Both the position numbers and the translations under genes were made by a program. A stretch of 64,000 bases of DNA, taken from Zootoca vivipara (taxonomy: Eukaryota). The notes under the pieces were generated by a model that saw only the letters and a program-made list of their open reading frames with translations, was not told where the DNA came from and made no database searches. This document shows positions 59,386 to 64,000 of the stretch, one piece after another (the stretch's first letter is position 1; each line of letters begins with the position of its first letter). The stretch lies in NCBI RefSeq assembly GCF_963506605.1, contig NC_083282.1, positions 95,232,001 through 95,296,000 on the forward strand, written 5' to 3'.

Positions 59386-60249
59386 TTTTTTAAAATCAAC
59401 AGGGCCCCCAATGAAATGAAACTGCCATTTGGCCATCTTTATCTATTTATTATTTCATAAAATGTACACACCTCTTTGATTGTAAAAAAAAGCCCCCTCA
59501 AAGCAGTTTATTGGGAGGGACCCATAAAATGATCCCTGAAAAAAGCAAAAAAAATAACCCAACCCACCTTTCCATAATTTCTGGTAACACTAGGAAAAAG
59601 CTCAGCTATACAGTATTCATCTATTTATTATTTCATAAGATTTATACACATCAATGGTAAAAGCCCCTCTCAATGCAGTTTATAAAAAAACACCATAAAA
59701 TGATCCTTGAAAAACTAACAACATTAATGTAAGGCTTACTAAAAGCTAAAGTTAAAATAACACTGGACTAAAACAGATTAAAACTCGGATTAGCTTTGTA
59801 AATATTTGGGCAGGCATGTCTAAACAAAAATGTTTTTCGCAGGCATCGAAGGGAGTGTCTGGTCTGGTGTCATGAGGCAGAGAGTTCCAAAGTGGAGTTG
59901 CTGCTGCTGTTTAGGGGTATAAATAATAAATTATTATTATACAGTATGTTGGAAGCCGCCCAGAGTGGCTGGGATGACCCAGTCAGATGAGCGGGGTACA
60001 AATAATAAATTATTATTGTTATCATTACTATTATTCTTGAAAGGACGAGTTCTTGCCCAGGCATAAGGGGAATTAAGGAACCCCTTCTGCAAAAGGAGGC
60101 GCTCAGGGGACAGTGGTGGCTCAGGCCAGCTCGCAGGGAAACCGTTCCGAGCTGCTCAGGGCTTCAACTACCAGTTGCAACACTTTGAACTTGACCCAGA
60201 ATTTGCAACAGCAGCTGATGCAATCGGCAGAGCTGTGGCCCCGTCAACA

Positions 60250-61650
60250 CCGCAGCTCCATGGGCGCACTCTTTGGGGGGGGCGCGTCCCAATCTCTTTC
60301 GCAAATCAAATTATTTTCTGAGCTGCGCAACCCCGGACGGGATTCGAACTCGCCACCAACAGCGAACCAGAGCGCGTCTACGGACTGCGCCTCCTTCCCA
60401 CCCCGCGCCTGCGCCGCCAGCCTTGAAGTGCGCCTGCGCCGCCGCGCCGCGCCCCCCGAGCGGCGCGTGCGCACTGCTCCCGGCGGGGTGTGTCCGGCGC
60501 CTGCGCGCCGCTCGCCGCGGGTCCCGAAGACAAGATGGCGGCCGCGGCTGCCCGGGTGAGGCGGCGGCGGGAGGGCGGCGGACAGCGGAGAGGCCCCCAC
60601 GAGCCCGGCGCCGAAGCCCAAGGTGAGGGCGGCGCGGCGCGGCTCCGGGAGGCGGCGCTGGGGTCCGCGAGGGGGGGGGGGCGAGAGCGCGTGCGTGAGG
60701 GGGCGGCGGCCGAGGGGCAGGAGGGGCCGCCGAGGGCGACGCTGCCGCCATCTTGGAAGGAGACGAAACGCGCGCCCGAGAGGGGCGGGAGCGCGCGTGG
60801 GTGTTCAGCTCACTCCCCCTCCCTTATCTGGGCGGAGGGCGAAGGCGCGACAGCGCCACCTGGCGGGGACTCCGAGGCGCCCCGGCCGGTAGAGCGTCGG
60901 GGGCTCCGGGTTCTCTCGCCCGCCATGGCCGGGAAGGGAGCGCTGAGCCGCCGCCGCCGCCGCCGCCGCCACGCAGGAGCCTCTCCGATCGAGCGACCGC
61001 CGGGCCGGCTCCGCTGCCTTCCGTCCCGCCGGCTGGGCTTCTCCGCCGGCCGCCCTTCCCGCTCCTCCTTCCTCCTTGCCTGCCTGCCTTCCTCTGCCTG
61101 GCTGCTGCGCTGCGCTAGTCGTCGTGCGCTCGGCGGCCCAGCCCCGGATCCACCCCCTCCGCGGGCCGCCGAGCCAATGGCTTCTCCTCGCCCGCCCAGC
61201 CCCGCCGCCTCCTCCCTCCCTTCCTCCCTCGCTGGCTCACCGCCGCCTCTTGCCTTGCAGCGCAGCAGCGCCTCGCTGGCCCTGGGCCCAAGGAGTCCCA
61301 AGGAGACCTCGCCCCGGCGCCCCGCACCAGCCGCCACTAGCCGCCCGCCCGGTGCTCGTCCGCCTGCTCTCCGGCCCCAGGCAGCAGCCCAGGATCGTCG
61401 CCGTCGTCGCAGCTTCTGGTGCCTGGCCGAGGCCGCCCCCTGTGGGTATCTCCTCCTCCTGCTGCTGCTCTGCAGCCCCACTTGGCCGCCGCCTCCGGAT
61501 GGACCTTCCTTGCGTCTCGTTTGCGGTGTCTCCCAGGCAGCTGCCCTCCCATTAAAACGGGGCGCTGCTGTGTGCTGCACCCTCGAGAAGCTCCTCCGGT
61601 GTTCTGTTTTTCCTTCTTGCCGGCAGATCGTGATCCATACCCTCCGCTGT
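60250..61650 (+). promoter_or_regulatory. PCIF1: CpG-island promoter and non-coding first exon (donor after 60555), probably PCIF1
   Basis: Multiple NRF1-like GCGCCTGCGC motifs, YY1 CAAGATGGCGGC (60531-60542), donor GG|GTGAGG, CTCF-like motif 60853-60866; gene identity from synteny only, no coding exon in the window. Confidence 0.6.
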
Positions 61651-64000
61651 TAGCGCAAGGAATTGAGGGTTAGGCCAACCAGATGCCCCACAAGGGGCAG
61701 CTGAGCACCACAAGCAGCACTCTCCCCGCTTTGGGGACCACCACCCCCCCTGCAGCCGGTCTTCAGAGGCATTTGCTGCCCCCAACTAAAGCCTCTTACC
61801 AATTTCCCCCTGGTGTACAGAGTCATCCCAACACACAAGTCAAGGTGCCTTTGCTTCCTCTCCCAAGGAATTCTGGGCCCTCCAGTTTGGGAAGGGTGCT
61901 GGGAGTTCAAGGCCCCAGCACCCTTTCCAAACAGCAGTTTTCTCAGTTTCTGGGAGGAATCCTGTATCCCAAATCATTCCTTGGACTGGTGGGGCTCCAA
62001 GGGCCTGGTCCACCCAGTGAGCTGCCGTTTCCGGTGGCCATTTCCACACTCCAAATGGCTCCTCCGCAGAGTCTAAGCTGTAAGCTCCTTGGGGGCACGG
62101 CCTGGAGTTTCAAAACATTTCAGACTCTTGCCATACTATGGGCCATGTACAATACTAGGTAGCTGTGCCCTGGTGGCAATTCAGCCTTGTGAATAAGCCC
62201 ACAAAAGTTGCGAGCTTTCTAAATAAACACATTCTAGCTTGCTGGGGTGTAGCAGAGGAGGGATAGAGAGCTGCATTTCTCGGCTGCGTTTCTGTGCAGG
62301 GGGTGGAGGGAGGCTTTCATCCATTAGCACAAAGGAGGGCTGAGTGCCAGCCTTGCCCCTCTTTTATTGCCACACTCCTTTGCCCACATACAGTTCCTTT
62401 TCACCTATGTCTGCCAGGCAAGTTTTTAAATACAGAGTTATGCTAATCCCTTTGGGGGCTAAAGGAGCAGGGGCTTCTGGATGTCCGTTGGCATAATTCC
62501 CTCTGGGGGCCAGGGCTATAACAGACTTGGGCACAAAAAGTGCTGGCTGGCGGAATATGGTTGGCGTTAGATATGTGATCAGACGAAACCTTACTATGTG
62601 CTTCGGTAGTCCAAGGGTGCCCTCTGGCCACAGCTCCTGTCACTGCTGACCATTGTTGACCTTGCTGCCTGAGGCTGCTGGGGGTTGGACTCTGCAGCAG
62701 CTTTGCCACCCCCATTCAGCTCCTCATGCACAAGGCTCTGTTCTGATTGTTACACTTTGAGTGAGTTGACGGGAGGGGGCAAACAAGAGAGGATAAGGTC
62801 ACCAATGGTGCAGGTAGCCTGATGCTCACCCCCCCCCCCCGCCCAACACGGGCTTGCCTGTGTCTTCTTAAGTTGACTCATCACCTAGCTGCCCAAGCAG
62901 GTGTCTTGTGCAACCAAGCAGGGCTATTGAGTGTGCCTGGAGATCTGTAGTGGAACTCTTATTCTGTTCTGCTACAACCATGCTTCAAGAGCAAGCAAGT
63001 TGAAAGGGAAGCCCAGGCTGGTAGCCATACTAAGTCATTTTCTTTTGGATGCTGTTTGGACAGCAGAAGCGGCCTCCCTTGAGGGACTCCTGCTCCCTCT
63101 CGGACTGAGCCTAGTGTCATACAGGCAAGGCAGATGCAGACAGCACACAGCCCACCCGCCTGCCCTCGTGCCCTGCAATGCACACTCATGCCCTGCAGTG
63201 TGCGCACAGTCTGGCTGGTGTTCCTGGAGCATGGCTTAAAACGATCAAAAGCTCTTAAGGCTTCCAAGAGCACTTTCCCCGTGTGCCTCCAGATTTGGTT
63301 GGCCCCAGCCCAGGACTCAGTAGAAAGGATTCTGTGGAGAAGATGGTATCTTGGTGATGCCTTAACAATAGGGAACGGAGTCAGGGTTTGCGTGGCACGC
63401 AGGGCTCTACAGCGCCTGCTCCAGCAAAATTTGGTAGTGGAGAGCGAATGGGCAGGAAGCGCATCCCCAAGGGAGATGGCTTGGGGAGGGCTGGCTGGCA
63501 CCTCTCTTGATCTCCCCCGCTTCATTGTGTGGGGCTTTGTGTCCTACAGCCACTCTCTTGGTCTCTCATTCTGGCTTGTGCGCAAATAGCCAGCTCACAG
63601 GCAGGTGGGTTTGCAGCCCGGAAGCTATAACGGGTGTCCCCTAACCTTTGTGCTAGTTTCCCTATTGGTCATGAATGACCCTGTGGCCCTCCAGATGTAC
63701 TTCCCATCATCCCTGGGCAACAGCCACATTGGCTGGGGCTGATGGGAGCTGAAGTCCAGCGTCATCCAAAGGACCAGAGTTTAGCTACCTCAGTCTGCAG
63801 GGTCTGGGCAAATAAAGGCTTTTGTGGGTTTTTTGGTGTTCCCTGTCTTTGGGGTGCATGTGAGGTTTGCCTTTGGACCCCCAAAACTCAGGTGTGTCTG
63901 CCTGTTTTGCCAGGCAGGCCCAAGAGGGCCGTGCATGCAAGAGCTCTTCTGGTCTGGACTCGTGGTTGTGTGAACAGGGCATTTTGTGACAGCGTTTCCT

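Noticed and set aside
59441-59715. Two ~100-bp direct repeats (from 59441 and 59619)
   Set aside because: Best explained as two degenerate LINE-tail fragments or a local duplication; no functional signal
60490-61653. 387-aa ORF and overlapping long ORFs in the PCIF1 CpG island
   Set aside because: R/P/A/G-rich frames expected from very high GC; they cross a splice donor and show no recognisable domain

Overview
GC-rich vertebrate genomic DNA from a squamate reptile. The repeat content looks lacertid-lizard-like, which is an inference. The window carries the conserved amniote block ZSWIM1(+), SPATA25(-), NEURL2(-), CTSA(+), PLTP(-) and the PCIF1 promoter(+), the same order as human 20q13.12. 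Spliced CDSs were reconstructed by hand with open frames and GT-AG junctions: ZSWIM1 5638-7173 (511 aa, one coding exon); SPATA25 9993-9936 + 8910-8096 (290 aa, possible extra exon); NEURL2 18062-17375 + 11780-11665 (267 aa); CTSA 14 coding exons in 24909-33339 (479 aa); PLTP 15 coding exons in 46659-37326 (493 aa, no coding exon falls in the 163-N gap). Introns and intergenic DNA are dense in transposons: young CR1 LINEs, old CR1, L2, L1 and RTE fragments, tRNA-derived SINEs, several hAT-type MITEs with 8-bp TSDs, a solo LTR, and five copies of a Penelope-like element (PLE). The most notable signal is a minimal type I hammerhead ribozyme in the PLE terminal repeat. Two core-intact copies lie on opposite strands inside an inverted-repeat insertion (34724-35481) between the convergent 3' ends of CTSA and PLTP. 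Most ORFs in the supplied track are spurious GC-rich or antisense frames.
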